Below the pieces are notes generated by a model. It did no database searches. It saw nothing but the letters and a program-made list of their open reading frames with translations, and was not told where the DNA came from. From Actinomycetota bacterium (GTDB taxonomy: Bacteria; Actinomycetota; Acidimicrobiia; Acidimicrobiales; VFJN01), in assembly GCA_046730015.1 (NCBI GenBank), contig JBKPHT010000139.1, positions 1 to 62,319 of the forward strand: 62,319 bases of DNA, read 5' to 3'. The position numbers and the translations under genes were made by a program. Below are positions 1 to 9,482 of the stretch, one piece after another (the first letter of the stretch is position 1; the number at the start of each line of letters is the position of its first letter).

Positions 1-127
1 ATCGGCGCGGAGGGGTTGGCGAAACGCCCCAGAAGGAGCGTCCCCGAAACCCGTGCGCAGCATCACCTACCGCCGGCTCGGCGGTGCGCTGGGCGTGGCG
101 TCAGTAGGGGGCGGATCCGGCGTGACG

Positions 128-907
128 TCAAGGCGCCGCCGTGCGCGCCCGGAGGATGAGGAAGTAGGGAGCGATCCGTGTGTCGGCGACTTCGGGATGG
201 GTACGGGCAGTCTGCTCGTCAGCGTGGGGCTCGTCGATCGCCTCGATAGTGAACCCGGCCCCGAGAACGGCGTTGATCCACCCAGCCAGCGTTCGTCGCG
301 CATACGCGATTGTGAACGGCTCATGGCGGTCGCGCATGTCGGCGGGCGCGGCGCCGAAGATCCACCTCTCGCTCAGCGGACCCTCGTAGAAGTAGTTCCC
401 GACTACGAGCGCTTGCCGATGGCCGGCCTCGTCCTCCACCCAGTATCGGATGGGCGTCGACGTCGCCGGGTGAACCACTGAGAACTGCACGAAGCCCTCG
501 GGTTTGAGGACCCGACCCACCTCCTGGAGTGCCCTCTCAGGCTTGCCAACGTCCATCAGGCTCATGAATGCCGTGGCGAAGTCAAAGGTCGAGCTTCGGA
601 ATGGAAGGTGTGCGCCGTCGCCCAGGACAAATCGGATGCCGCGCTGGCTCTCGGCAGCGGCGGACTCGATGAAGTACTCGGAGAGGTCCAGGGCGACGAC
701 GTCTGCGCCGCTGGCGGCGAGAAGGCGGGTGTTGTGGCCCTCGCCGCAGCCGAGATCGAGACCGACCAGCCCGGAAACAGCCGGAAGCATCGCGAAGAAC
801 GCGGGCGTGTTGACGAGGTCACGATAAACGTCGAAGCCGGCGCGAGACAGCTCGGTCCATGCCCGGGCGTTCGCGTTCCAGAGCTTGCGTATGTCGGCGG
901 CCTCCAC
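128..907 (-). CDS. Class I SAM-dependent methyltransferase
   Basis: Motif I LDLGCGEG, VVALDLS, GDGAHLPF and VLKPEG segments. Confidence 0.9.
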   Translation of the reverse strand: MEAADIRKLWNANARAWTELSRAGFDVYRDLVNTPAFFAMLPAVSGLVGLDLGCGEGHNTRLLAASGADVVALDLSEYFIESAAAESQRGIRFVLGDGAHLPFRSSTFDFATAFMSLMDVGKPERALQEVGRVLKPEGFVQFSVVHPATSTPIRYWVEDEAGHRQALVVGNYFYEGPLSERWIFGAAPADMRDRHEPFTIAYARRTLAGWINAVLGAGFTIEAIDEPHADEQTARTHPEVADTRIAPYFLILRARTAAP

Positions 908-975
908 GGCGACATCCTCGCACCCGCGGCCCCCGCCAATCGCGTCATGGCCTGTTCCCGACCGCCGGGTCAGCG

Positions 976-1703
976 TCAGCGAGGGTGGCCGAGCAGGACC
1001 TCGCGTAGCTCGCTGATCGAGGCGACGACCTGGTCAGCGCCTTGGGCATCGTCGGGGGGTGAGGTCTGGAAGGCGACGAGCACTGCCCACATGCCGAGTT
1101 TCTTGGCGGGCGCTATGTCCTTGGTAGGTGAGTCCCCGACCATGACCGCTTGTGCCGCATCGACGCCCAGCAGCTCCAAGGCGTGCTCGAACATCGCGGG
1201 CGTGGGGCTTGCGGAAGCCGACATCGAGCGATGTGACGTACGCATCGAAGCATCCGGCGGCGCCCCAACCTGCGAAGTCCTCTCGATAGCGAGCCGCGGA
1301 TCGCCACTGTGTGTTTGATACCAACGCAAGTCTGTGCCCCGCGCCCTTGAGGTCGTGCAAGGAGCTCAAGCGCTCCCGGGAACGGCTCGAGCACCTCGCG
1401 GGCCGGCACACACATCGCGTCCAGCGCCTGCGCGGGATCGAGCTGCGAACCGTTCGCCTCGAGGACCCGACGAACGTGGCCAAGGGTGTCCTGACCAAGA
1501 CTCGCGCGCTCCTCGGCGTAGGCAGCCAGCGCTGCGGCCAGGACCGCCGCTTGGGCCGCCGGAACGCCAAGGGCTTCCACGCGGGCAGCTCCGGCGGCCA
1601 GAAACGCAGCGTGCCCCACATACCGGCTCTCGATCCCCAGCACCCCAGCCTCGCCCGGTCCGTCCGGCCACAGCGTGCCACCAACATCGAACAGGACCGC
1701 CAC
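976..1703 (-). pseudogene. HAD-family hydrolase split by two single-base insertions (~1361 and ~1200)
   Basis: Motif I FDVGGTL, motif II LVSNT, the RKP lysine and motif IV MVGDS..KDI fall in three successive reading frames. Confidence 0.8.
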
Positions 1704-1933
1704 GAGGTCAGTTCACCACCGCGGCTCCGACGCAACCGACCCCTATCGCCGGCACGGTGGCGTGAAGGCACCTCGGGCCTCCTTCCGCCTGACCACGCCG
1801 CGTAGTGGCCGTCACGGGGAAGTCCGTGGCCGCCGGCGGGCAGATCTCGTTGGCCGCCGACACCATGCCGCCGCTCGGCATTGCGACGGTGCGGCGCCGT
1901 CGTCGACGGAGAGCCCACGACGGCAGCCAGACA

Positions 1934-1971
1934 CCCGACCACGCGCGCGAGCGCTCGCGCGCGTGGTCGGG
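1934..1971. repeat. Perfect 38-bp palindrome
   Basis: cccgaccacgcgcgcgagc|gctcgcgcgcgtggtcggg, no spacer. Confidence 0.95.
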
Positions 1972-2124
1972 GTCCCCGATCTTGCCCAGCTCATCGGTAA
2001 GAATGCGCCGGGGGGACCAGACGGTCCCCCCGGAACAATCACGGAGCTGCCGTAGTGGCGCACCCCCGCAGTTGTGGCTGACCGCAGTCTGCGCCACTAC
2101 GGCACCCTCTACAAGAGGAGTGCC

Positions 2125-2436
2125 ATGAGCACCACACACAGCACCGTCACCGCGCAGGTGACGTGCATTCGGAAGTCTGACCGCTTCAACCCGCATGAGC
2201 GGATCAAGGCCATCGGCGGTATCAATCATGACCGGTCGCGGTGGCAGCTGAGTCAGGAGAAGGCGATCGCCGGCATCGAGGATGGCCGTTGGCGCTTCTA
2301 TGTCGAGCGGCCGGCCGGCGACCGGGTTTGGGTCGTCGTCGCGATCAGCCGGTCAGGCCGTAAGTACCTGAAGACGGAGGCCGACGGCGACCAGCCGAAC
2401 AACCTGCTGTCGTTGCCGGAGTGCCCCGGCTCCTAG
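2125..2436 (+). CDS. DUF3892-family small protein
   Basis: GAGGAG RBS before ATG 2125; ITCI..HERI..IGG, YLKTEADGDQPNNLLSLPEC signature. Confidence 0.85.
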   Translation: MSTTHSTVTAQVTCIRKSDRFNPHERIKAIGGINHDRSRWQLSQEKAIAGIEDGRWRFYVERPAGDRVWVVVAISRSGRKYLKTEADGDQPNNLLSLPECPGS

Positions 2437-2463
2437 TCGGGAGGTCGGGTCGTCGGCCTCGCG

Positions 2464-2919
2464 TCATCGCCCGGTCGACGACCCGACTGGCTCAGAACAA
2501 GGCGGCGCCGAGGGCGGACACGGTGTCCACCGACCATCATCCGAACGCTCGACAAGGCCTCGTGCCATCAGGATGCGCAGCTGCTTCCTGATGTTGCCCT
2601 CGTGGAGCTGGACGATCTCGTTCAGCTCGGACACCGTCGCCTCCCCGAACTCCCGTACCAGCTCAAGTACCTCCTTGCCACCGGGGCTGAGGTTGTCAGG
2701 CCTACGGGGAGGCGCATTTGACGGCCTCTCGTACGTGGCAGCGAAAGCCTCAAGGTCAGTCTGGTCTACATACCACCGACCGCGGCGCATCCTTGCCCGT
2801 AGTCGTCGCGACAGCACCATGTCGTTGACCGTCGCCCTGTGGACTCCGAGTACGGCTGCAGCTTCCGGGAGGCTGACGTACTTCCTCACTGGGTCAAGCT
2901 CCGCGGTCATGATCAGCAT
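2464..2919 (-). CDS. Excisionase-like HTH fused to a winged-helix DNA-binding domain
   Basis: N-terminal SLPEAAAVLGVHRATV..RGRWYV; C-terminal EATVSEL..NIRKQLRILMARGLVER; start uncertain (2919 or 2910). Confidence 0.7.
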   Translation of the reverse strand: MLIMTAELDPVRKYVSLPEAAAVLGVHRATVNDMVLSRRLRARMRRGRWYVDQTDLEAFAATYERPSNAPPRRPDNLSPGGKEVLELVREFGEATVSELNEIVQLHEGNIRKQLRILMARGLVERSDDGRWTPCPPSAPPCSEPVGSSTGR

Positions 2920-3089
2920 CGTGGCATCAGCACGCACGCGAGTGGTGGATGGGGTCCGGTGCAGCCGATGCACGACCCCGCCGGCGCAACGCACGCCAGC
3001 CCGCGCCCACGACAGCTTTGGCATGCATGCAGCGCGCATCGGGGGCACGAAAGCCTCACAGACCGCCCCTGACCAGGGCTTATCGCAAT

Positions 3090-3134
3090 GCCTGAAAAGC
3101 GGAAGGTCACCGGATCGACGCCGGTCCCGACCAC
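3090..3134 (+). mobile_element. 3' fragment of tRNA-Phe(GAA), probable att site
   Basis: gcCTGAAAAgcggaaggtc-accgg-atcgacg-ccggt-cccgaccac gives anticodon loop, T-arm and acceptor 3' strand; D-arm and 5' acceptor strand are absent. Confidence 0.7.
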
Positions 3135-3136
3135 TT

Positions 3137-3165
3137 CGATGACCAGCCGTTTGGGCTGGTCATCG
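3137..3165 (+). terminator. Hairpin terminator after the tRNA fragment
   Basis: 12-bp perfect stem cgatgaccagcc/ggctggtcatcg with 5-nt loop. Confidence 0.75.
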
Positions 3166-3284
3166 GCCGTTTTCGAGCCTCCGCCCGCGGACGACGACGT
3201 GCGGGCGCGGGGGATGCCCTCCAGAGCTGCGACGCTGAGGAGAGCGCGAGCCGGGGGCGTCCCCCCGATGGAGCGGGAAAATCC

Positions 3285-3929
3285 CTACTGGCCGAACGAA
3301 ACGCGCAGGGTGGCGACCCACACCAAGCCGCCGAGCAGACCGCCGTGCTCAGCCCGATCAGCACCTCCCGCTGGCGGCGGGCGCCCATCTTGCCCGAGAT
3401 GCCCGCGAAGAACAGGGCCGTCGCGAACAGTACGACAGCCAACATGAAAGTCGTCCGCGTGCTGGTTGGCCCGCCCGGCGGCCGCCGACCGGGCGCCGGC
3501 CTCCCGGTTCAGCCGGCTCGCCCGCTGCGCCTCGGCGACCTCGTACTCCGGCATGGCGAACGGGGTGAGAGGGGCGTCGGGGTTCGCCAGCGGGTCGGTG
3601 GCGAGCCAGGCGCCGAACGCCGGTCGGAACTCCTCGCGAAACCGCCGCTCGTAGAAGCCGGCGAGGGCGGTGTCCCCGGCTGTCGTGGCGTCAACCCACT
3701 CGGTGAAGGTGGCGATGTCGATCTGCGTGAGCTGCCCCGCCCGGGCTGACGCCTCGGCCGAGTCGATGCGGGCCGCGGTCGCCCGGCTCGTGTCGACGGC
3801 CTGCTCGCCCCGCCACCGCGAACCCTGGTACGTGCTCCACGCGGTCGCCACGGCGGCCAGCGCCAGCACGATCGTGGCGACCAGCTCGAGCCGGCGGTGG
3901 CGGCGGTCCCGGTCGTCCAGCTCGTCCAT
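3285..3929 (-). pseudogene. Membrane protein with compensating +1/-1 frameshifts
   Basis: ATG overlaps the upstream stop; hydrophobic helices continue in another frame between ~3447 and ~3340 (MLAVVLFATALFFAGIS), then return to the first frame. Confidence 0.65.
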
Positions 3930-4636
3930 CAGGAGAACACGTTGACGGCCCGAGCGATGACCAGGCCGATGACGGTCAGTGAGATCAGAGACTGGAGCGC
4001 CATGGTCAGCTTCGCCCAGGCGGTCATCGGCATGACGTCGGTCGGGCTGAACGCGGTGCTCGTCGTGACGCCGAGGACGAAGTAGTCGACGTAGCGGGGC
4101 CGCCACCCCGGCGGGGCGAGCTCGGGGCTCAATTGCTGGGAGAAGGCGAAGTCGGGGTGGGCCCGGTCGCCCCGCTGCCGGGCGAGGGGGCCGCCGCTGT
4201 CGAGTTGCCAGTACAGCAGCCCGAACACGAGCGCGTCGCCGGCCCACACCAGCGTGCCCGACGCGAGCAGCGAGTCCGCCGAGGTCGTGACCCGGCTGCC
4301 GGTGACCAGCGCGACGATGAGCAGCACGGTCATGGTCAGGGCCACGGCGACGAGCGTGAAGATGAGGGTGATCGAGAACCGGCGCAGCCAGCGGGCCCGG
4401 CGCCTCGTGTCGGCGGGGTTCGCCGCCACCAGGACGAGGAGCAGCGCGATCTCGACGGCCGGCACCACCCAGTGGGGGCCGACGGACTCCCGCCGGGGCA
4501 CCGCAACCCGGAGCAGGACCGTGAGAGCGATGAACGTCGAGGCCGCTAGCACGACCGGCCACCGGGGCTCGGCGAGCACGGTGGCGTCTCGGTCCGCGGC
4601 CGCGTCCGGGCCGCCGGCGTCGTCCTCCGGGGGCAC
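3929..4636 (-). CDS. DUF1345-family membrane protein
   Basis: YWQLDSGGP..R, PDFAFSQ, W.P.Y.DYFVLG.TTSTAFSPTD.MP motifs. Confidence 0.85.
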   Translation of the reverse strand: MPPEDDAGGPDAAADRDATVLAEPRWPVVLAASTFIALTVLLRVAVPRRESVGPHWVVPAVEIALLLVLVAANPADTRRRARWLRRFSITLIFTLVAVALTMTVLLIVALVTGSRVTTSADSLLASGTLVWAGDALVFGLLYWQLDSGGPLARQRGDRAHPDFAFSQQLSPELAPPGWRPRYVDYFVLGVTTSTAFSPTDVMPMTAWAKLTMALQSLISLTVIGLVIARAVNVFS

Positions 4637-4844
4637 CCCCCGACGGTACGGAGGCTCCAGGCCGGCGACGTCCCCCGGGAGGGGTGAAACGCAGCCGCCG
4701 CGAACCGTCCACTGGTTGAAGGGGATGCGGTCGTCGATCTCGGTGGCGGGAACCGGGCAGTCGCCGCTGGCGTGGTGAGGAGCGTCGGGCTATTACGGCC
4801 GGGCGGTGACGACACCGTGAACTCCCGCCCCCAGGAGGTCGCCC

Positions 4845-5201
4845 ATGCCCGAGTCCGACGCCGGGTCGGTCGCCGCCACCTACGTCCAGGCCTGGACCAG
4901 CGGAGACTTCGACACGGCCCGCTCGACCCTGCACGACGACATCAGCTTCGTCGGCCCTTTGGGCACTGCCAACGGCATCGACGAGTGCCTCCGCGGGCTG
5001 CAAGGCCTCAAGCAGATCGTGGACTCCGGCGATGTGCGCAAGGTCATCGCGAGCGGCGACGACGCATGCGTGATCTACGACCTGGTCACGAACACCCCAG
5101 CTGGAACCATCCCCACGGCCGGGTGGTTCCAGCTCCGCGACGGCAAGATCGCCTCGATCCGGGTGTTCTTCGACGCCCGCCCCTTCGAGGCCGGCCGGTA
5201 G
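4845..5201 (+). CDS. NTF2/SnoaL-like protein
   Basis: AGGAGG RBS; YVQAWTSGDFD, DDISF.GP, DGKIASIRVFFD pattern. Confidence 0.8.
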   Translation: MPESDAGSVAATYVQAWTSGDFDTARSTLHDDISFVGPLGTANGIDECLRGLQGLKQIVDSGDVRKVIASGDDACVIYDLVTNTPAGTIPTAGWFQLRDGKIASIRVFFDARPFEAGR

Positions 5202-5317
5202 ACCCGAGACGGTCCGGCCGTTAGACCCGAGACTCGCAGACTGTCAGCAGCGCGTTCTGGGGGGTTGCACCCGCCCGGTGTCGCATGGTGTCGGGCCACC
5301 GACGCACCCCGGTGCCT

Positions 5318-6040
5318 TCACGGGTGACCGAGCGTGGCCAGGTCCTGGCGACCCTCGACCAGGTCACCGGCGACGTCGGCCAGGCGGAGGTTGTGGGTGC
5401 GGGCATGGTCGCGGAGGGCGGTGAACGCGGCCTCCATTCCGACGCCACGCCGCTCGGCGATCATGCCCTTGGCCTGCTCGATCACGATTCGGGTGTTGAG
5501 CGCCTCGTTGAGCTGCTCGTTGAGGAGCTTGGCCTCCAATGCCGCCTGATGCTGGAGGATGGCGATGGTGGCCACGTCGGCCAGCGCCTGTGCGGCGGCC
5601 ATGTCCGCCGGGCGCATCAACCCCGTATCGACGTGGAACATGTTGAGCGCGCCCAGCACCGAGCCCCGCAGGCGCATAGGCAGCGCGTGCACGGACCGGA
5701 AGCCCGCGGCCCTCGCCCGCGCCGAGAACAGCGGCCAGCGGGGATCGTCGCCGCCGACGTCGACGTTCACCACCGGCTCGCCGGTGCTGTAGCAGTCCAA
5801 GCAGGGGCCCTCATGGGACTGCAGCTCGAACAGCTCCAGCAGCCGCATCGCCTCGCTCGACGAGGCCATGACCCGCAAGTCCCCCGCCGGCGAGGCCAGC
5901 ATGATGCCGGCGGCCCCGACGTCCAGCACGTCGACGCACCGGTCGGTCAGAACGATGAGCAGCTCCGCCACGTCGAAGTCGGATACCAGGTTGTCCGCCA
6001 GCTCCACGAGCGCCCTGGCGAGCATCGTCTCTCGAGCCAT
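5318..6040 (-). CDS. GAF and ANTAR domain protein
   Basis: GPCLDCY GAF segment; IEQAKGMIAER..AF..LR..AR ANTAR motif. Confidence 0.92.
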   Translation of the reverse strand: MARETMLARALVELADNLVSDFDVAELLIVLTDRCVDVLDVGAAGIMLASPAGDLRVMASSSEAMRLLELFELQSHEGPCLDCYSTGEPVVNVDVGGDDPRWPLFSARARAAGFRSVHALPMRLRGSVLGALNMFHVDTGLMRPADMAAAQALADVATIAILQHQAALEAKLLNEQLNEALNTRIVIEQAKGMIAERRGVGMEAAFTALRDHARTHNLRLADVAGDLVEGRQDLATLGHP

Positions 6041-6092
6041 CAGGAGCCTCCGTCGGATCTACGTCATCAGTATGGCCGAGCGCGAACGGGCA

Positions 6093-6755
6093 TCACCGCT
6101 CGTCGCCCAGGTCGTCTCGGGAGTCGAACCGCAACCGTCGCGCCACCACGTCCTCTGCCACCTCATGTACCGGTCGACCGTCGGCGAAAGCGAATGCCCG
6201 CAGCCGGACGAGCGCGTCGGCCACGCTGATCCCCAGCTGGACGGCGACCATGCCGGCGGCCTGGTGGACGACGAGGTGGAGCTCGGACGATCGGGCGAGC
6301 TCGTCCGCCAACGTCCCGGCCGGCGCCCGGGCCTGGAGAAGCAGGATCACCTCGGCCGACACGTCGGCCAGCACGAGCGCATCGGCGTGCTGCTCGACGG
6401 TGAGGTCGCCAGGGCGGTCGCGGTAGAGGTTGAGGGCGCCCAACCGCGCGGCTCCAACCCGCAGCGGGAAGCCGAAGACCGCCCCCACACCTGCGGAGAC
6501 CACCGGTTGGGCGAACGCGGCCCACCGGCCCGACCCGGCCCCGGCGAGATCGGGCTCCGACACCGGCCGGCCCTGCCGGTGGGCGTCCACGCACGGCCCT
6601 TCCCCCAGCGTGAACTGCACCTGCTCGATCAGCGCGCTCGTCGGATCAGTCGTGCACAGCGATCCGCTGGCCACGTCGTCGGGCATCAGCATGATCCCCG
6701 CCCCACTCACACCGGTCAGCACCCCGCAGGTCCGACACAACCGGTCGGTCGCCAT
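6093..6755 (-). CDS. GAF and ANTAR domain protein
   Basis: QFTLGEGPCVDA; VHQAAGMVAVQLG..AL..LRAFAF ANTAR variant; true start may lie further upstream. Confidence 0.88.
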   Translation of the reverse strand: MATDRLCRTCGVLTGVSGAGIMLMPDDVASGSLCTTDPTSALIEQVQFTLGEGPCVDAHRQGRPVSEPDLAGAGSGRWAAFAQPVVSAGVGAVFGFPLRVGAARLGALNLYRDRPGDLTVEQHADALVLADVSAEVILLLQARAPAGTLADELARSSELHLVVHQAAGMVAVQLGISVADALVRLRAFAFADGRPVHEVAEDVVARRLRFDSRDDLGDER

Positions 6756-6817
6756 CCCGCCCGACGCACCGTCGAGCAGGTGACGGAGGATCTTCTCCCG
6801 TCGTCGCCCGGTCGAGG

Positions 6818-7159
6818 TCAGGTCTCGACCAGGTGGGTCAGACCGCAGATCTCCAACACGTAACGGGCCGCGGGCGACGGGTCACGCACGCGAGCCATCC
6901 GGCCCTCCGCCCCGAGGCTCGTGCAGGCCGCCAGGATCTGCTCGATGGTCGTGCTGTCCATGAACTCGACGTATCTGAGATCGAAGATGAGATCCGACCG
7001 CCCAGCGCCCGCAGCCGTGACGATCGCTTGGGCAAGCTCGTCGACCGAGCTCAGATCGTGCTCGCCGGCAAGCCAGATGACCGTGTCCTCGGACCGGTCG
7101 TTCGGGGGCCCGACGATCACACGCCTCGAATCGACCTCCGACAACTCGGGCGTCTCCAT
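6818..7159 (-). CDS. STAS domain protein (anti-sigma factor antagonist type)
   Basis: LAGEHDLSS, FDLRYVEFMDST with the conserved Ser; GGAGG RBS. Confidence 0.88.
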   Translation of the reverse strand: METPELSEVDSRRVIVGPPNDRSEDTVIWLAGEHDLSSVDELAQAIVTAAGAGRSDLIFDLRYVEFMDSTTIEQILAACTSLGAEGRMARVRDPSPAARYVLEICGLTHLVET

Positions 7160-7420
7160 GCAGCCTCCTGGTGTTTGTCCGTCGACGCGCTACCAGGGTC
7201 CAGAGCACCGAGTCGGGGCCCCCGACGGGTGCCACCACGATCGGTTGCGATCGTGCACCGCAACGGTAGCCCCTGGTGTTGGGGCTGGACAGGGCCAACG
7301 AACTCGCACTGCATCTCCTCCCCGACGCGGCACAGATCGGGACCGCTCGACCCGGACACACCTTGGTCTGGATGGAGCGCCGGCTGCCGCCCGCCCGGTT
7401 GGGCCCATCGGCTAGAACCG

Positions 7421-8287
7421 ATGCCCATGCGAGCCGACCGCCGCCACCCTGTCCTCGCCGCCGTTCTGCTGCTCGTGGCGCTCGTCGCCACTGTCGTTGC
7501 CGGCACCGGCACGGCGGCAGGTGTTCCCGGCGACCCGCCGCCACGACCGCTGAGCGTGGCGACATTCAACATCCACCATGGCGTCGGGCTCGACAACGTG
7601 CTCGACCTCGAGCGCATCGCCGCCACGGTCGAGTCAACGGGAGCGGAGGTGGTTGGCCTGCAGGAGGTCGACGTGCATTTCGGCGAGCGCAGCAACTTCG
7701 TCGACCAGGCGACCTGGCTGGCCGACCGGCTCGGCATGTACGTCGTGTTCGGGGCCAACCTCGACCTGGACCCGCTGACCCCCGGTGCGCCGAGGCGCCA
7801 GTACGGCACTGCCGTCATGTCGGAGCACCGCATCAGCGAGTGGACCAACACGCTGCTCCCCCGCCCCGAGGGTGGCGAGCAGCGTGGGCTCCTCGAGGCG
7901 CGCATCAGGGTGCGCGGTCTGCCCGTGCGGGTGTTCAACACCCATCTGCAGCACAACTCGCAGGTCGAGCGGCTGGCGCAGATCGCCGCCATCCGCGACA
8001 TCCTCGCCGGCACCGACGAGTCGGTGGTCGTGCTCGGGGACCTGAACGCCACGCCCGACTCGCCGGAGATCGCAAGCCTGACCGAGGATTTGGTCGACGC
8101 CTGGGTGACCGCCGGCGTCGGCGACGGCTACACCTACGATGCCGCCACGCCACACGCCCGCATCGACTACGTGATGTCGTCGGGCGACGTGGTGGCCCGC
8201 ACCGCGGCGGTGGTAACGACCGACGCCGCGGACCACCTGCCCGTCGTGGTCGACCTCGGGCTCCCGGGTGGCGGCATCGTGCGTTGA
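7421..8287 (+). CDS. Secreted endonuclease/exonuclease/phosphatase family protein
   Basis: Signal peptide; TFNIHHG, LQEVD, NTHL, GDLNA, RIDY, DHLP motifs. Confidence 0.92.
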   Translation: MPMRADRRHPVLAAVLLLVALVATVVAGTGTAAGVPGDPPPRPLSVATFNIHHGVGLDNVLDLERIAATVESTGAEVVGLQEVDVHFGERSNFVDQATWLADRLGMYVVFGANLDLDPLTPGAPRRQYGTAVMSEHRISEWTNTLLPRPEGGEQRGLLEARIRVRGLPVRVFNTHLQHNSQVERLAQIAAIRDILAGTDESVVVLGDLNATPDSPEIASLTEDLVDAWVTAGVGDGYTYDAATPHARIDYVMSSGDVVARTAAVVTTDAADHLPVVVDLGLPGGGIVR

Positions 8288-8317
8288 CGACTCGGCCCTC
8301 TGCGCGAACCGCTCCCC

Positions 8318-8349
8318 GGCCTACTTCTTCGCGGCGACCACGAACGACG
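8318..8349. repeat. Copy 1 of a 32-bp direct repeat (copy 2 at 9483-9514)
   Basis: ggcctacttcttcgcggcgaccacgaacgacg matches copy 2 at 31/32 positions. Confidence 0.9.
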
Positions 8350-8356
8350 GCGTGTA

Positions 8357-8731
8357 TCAACCCTGCATGTGCGCGCCGGCGCCGACGTCGTACGCCTCCC
8401 GTACCCAGCCCGCGAATTCTTGATCGAGCTGGTCAAGGGTGGTTACCCGAAACTGGTGCACGAAAAGCCGCTTGGTGTACGGCGATACACGCCTAATGCG
8501 CGGGTCCCGCAGTTCCCTTTGCAGGTCCAGGTAGCCATCGAGCGATCGCCCCGTCGGCTTTGCCCCGGCGAAACCTCGTCGACTGCCTTTCAGCGTGATC
8601 GCCGTCTTGGTCACGCGGTAGGAGAACGGTCCACACTCCTGCACCAGGCCGACAAAACGCTCGTACATGGCCAGGATGTCGGCCGGCTTGCCGGCCAGAT
8701 GGTCCTCCACGGTCCAGGCGCGCCCGCTCAT
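8357..8731 (-). CDS. DUF5655-family protein
   Basis: TKTAI, RRGFAG, LD..F..W..EAY pattern. Confidence 0.75.
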   Translation of the reverse strand: MSGRAWTVEDHLAGKPADILAMYERFVGLVQECGPFSYRVTKTAITLKGSRRGFAGAKPTGRSLDGYLDLQRELRDPRIRRVSPYTKRLFVHQFRVTTLDQLDQEFAGWVREAYDVGAGAHMQG

Positions 8732-8756
8732 CCGATCACGCTAACGAGGGTGTCTC

Positions 8757-9377
8757 CTATCCCCGGCTTTCGACGAATGCGACGCAGTCCCCCTGCGAGC
8801 GGAAGAACGAGCCGAAGTTCCGCCAGCCGTCGTCTTTACACTGGTCCTTCGAGGTTGGCAGCGGGGGGACGTCGACGAAGACGACGTCCCCGCTGGTCAC
8901 CTGGCCCCTCACGTTGGTGTCGCTGAACGCGAGGGGGGAGCAGTCGGTCGCGGCCCGGGGCGAGAAGATCTGCGACACCACGACGTCGTCGGGCATGTCC
9001 GGAACTCCTCCGTCGGAGATCTGCATCGTGACCTGCCCCAGGGCCGGGAAGTTCATGGTCGCCTGCAGGAACGACCCGCCGAAGAAGGTGACCCTGCGGA
9101 CTTCGAGACAGGTGATCGGCGAGTCGACGATCCCTACCTCGGGGAACGACACCGTGCCGGAGGGGTCCTCGCCGGAAGGTCCGCTGTGGGCGTCGAGTGC
9201 GAAGCTGGAGACGAGGGTCCCGGTGAACTCGGGCAGGGTCACGACCAGCACCACCGTGCCCGTTCCGGTCACCGAGTCCCCGTACGCCGGTACCTGCGCC
9301 GCGACCGCGCTCCCGGACAGGTGCGCAATCCCACCCGAGACGACAGCCACCAACCACAGAGCCGTGAAGCGTCTCAT
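8757..9377 (-). CDS. Secreted hypothetical protein with a Cys-paired C-terminal module
   Basis: Signal peptide MRRFTALWLVAVV; C-terminus PTSKDQCKDDGWRNFGSFFRSQGDCVAFV. Confidence 0.75.
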   Translation of the reverse strand: MRRFTALWLVAVVSGGIAHLSGSAVAAQVPAYGDSVTGTGTVVLVVTLPEFTGTLVSSFALDAHSGPSGEDPSGTVSFPEVGIVDSPITCLEVRRVTFFGGSFLQATMNFPALGQVTMQISDGGVPDMPDDVVVSQIFSPRAATDCSPLAFSDTNVRGQVTSGDVVFVDVPPLPTSKDQCKDDGWRNFGSFFRSQGDCVAFVESRG

Positions 9378-9482
9378 CGGCTCCCCCTTCATCTCAGGCC
9401 TCGAACCAGTACCGGTTGCGGGCCACGCTCAGAGTAGTCCCGGGCCCCAGGTTGGTTGGTGAGCCCAATCGTCAGCTCGGGG

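Noticed and set aside
4637-4790. Open frame extending upstream of DUF1345 (DCPVPATEIDDRIPFNQW)
   Set aside because: No start codon and no recognisable family; could be a remnant but is unsupported.
5193-5233. 18-bp direct repeat (1 mismatch) at the NTF2 gene stop
   Set aside because: Only two copies; most simply a local duplication.
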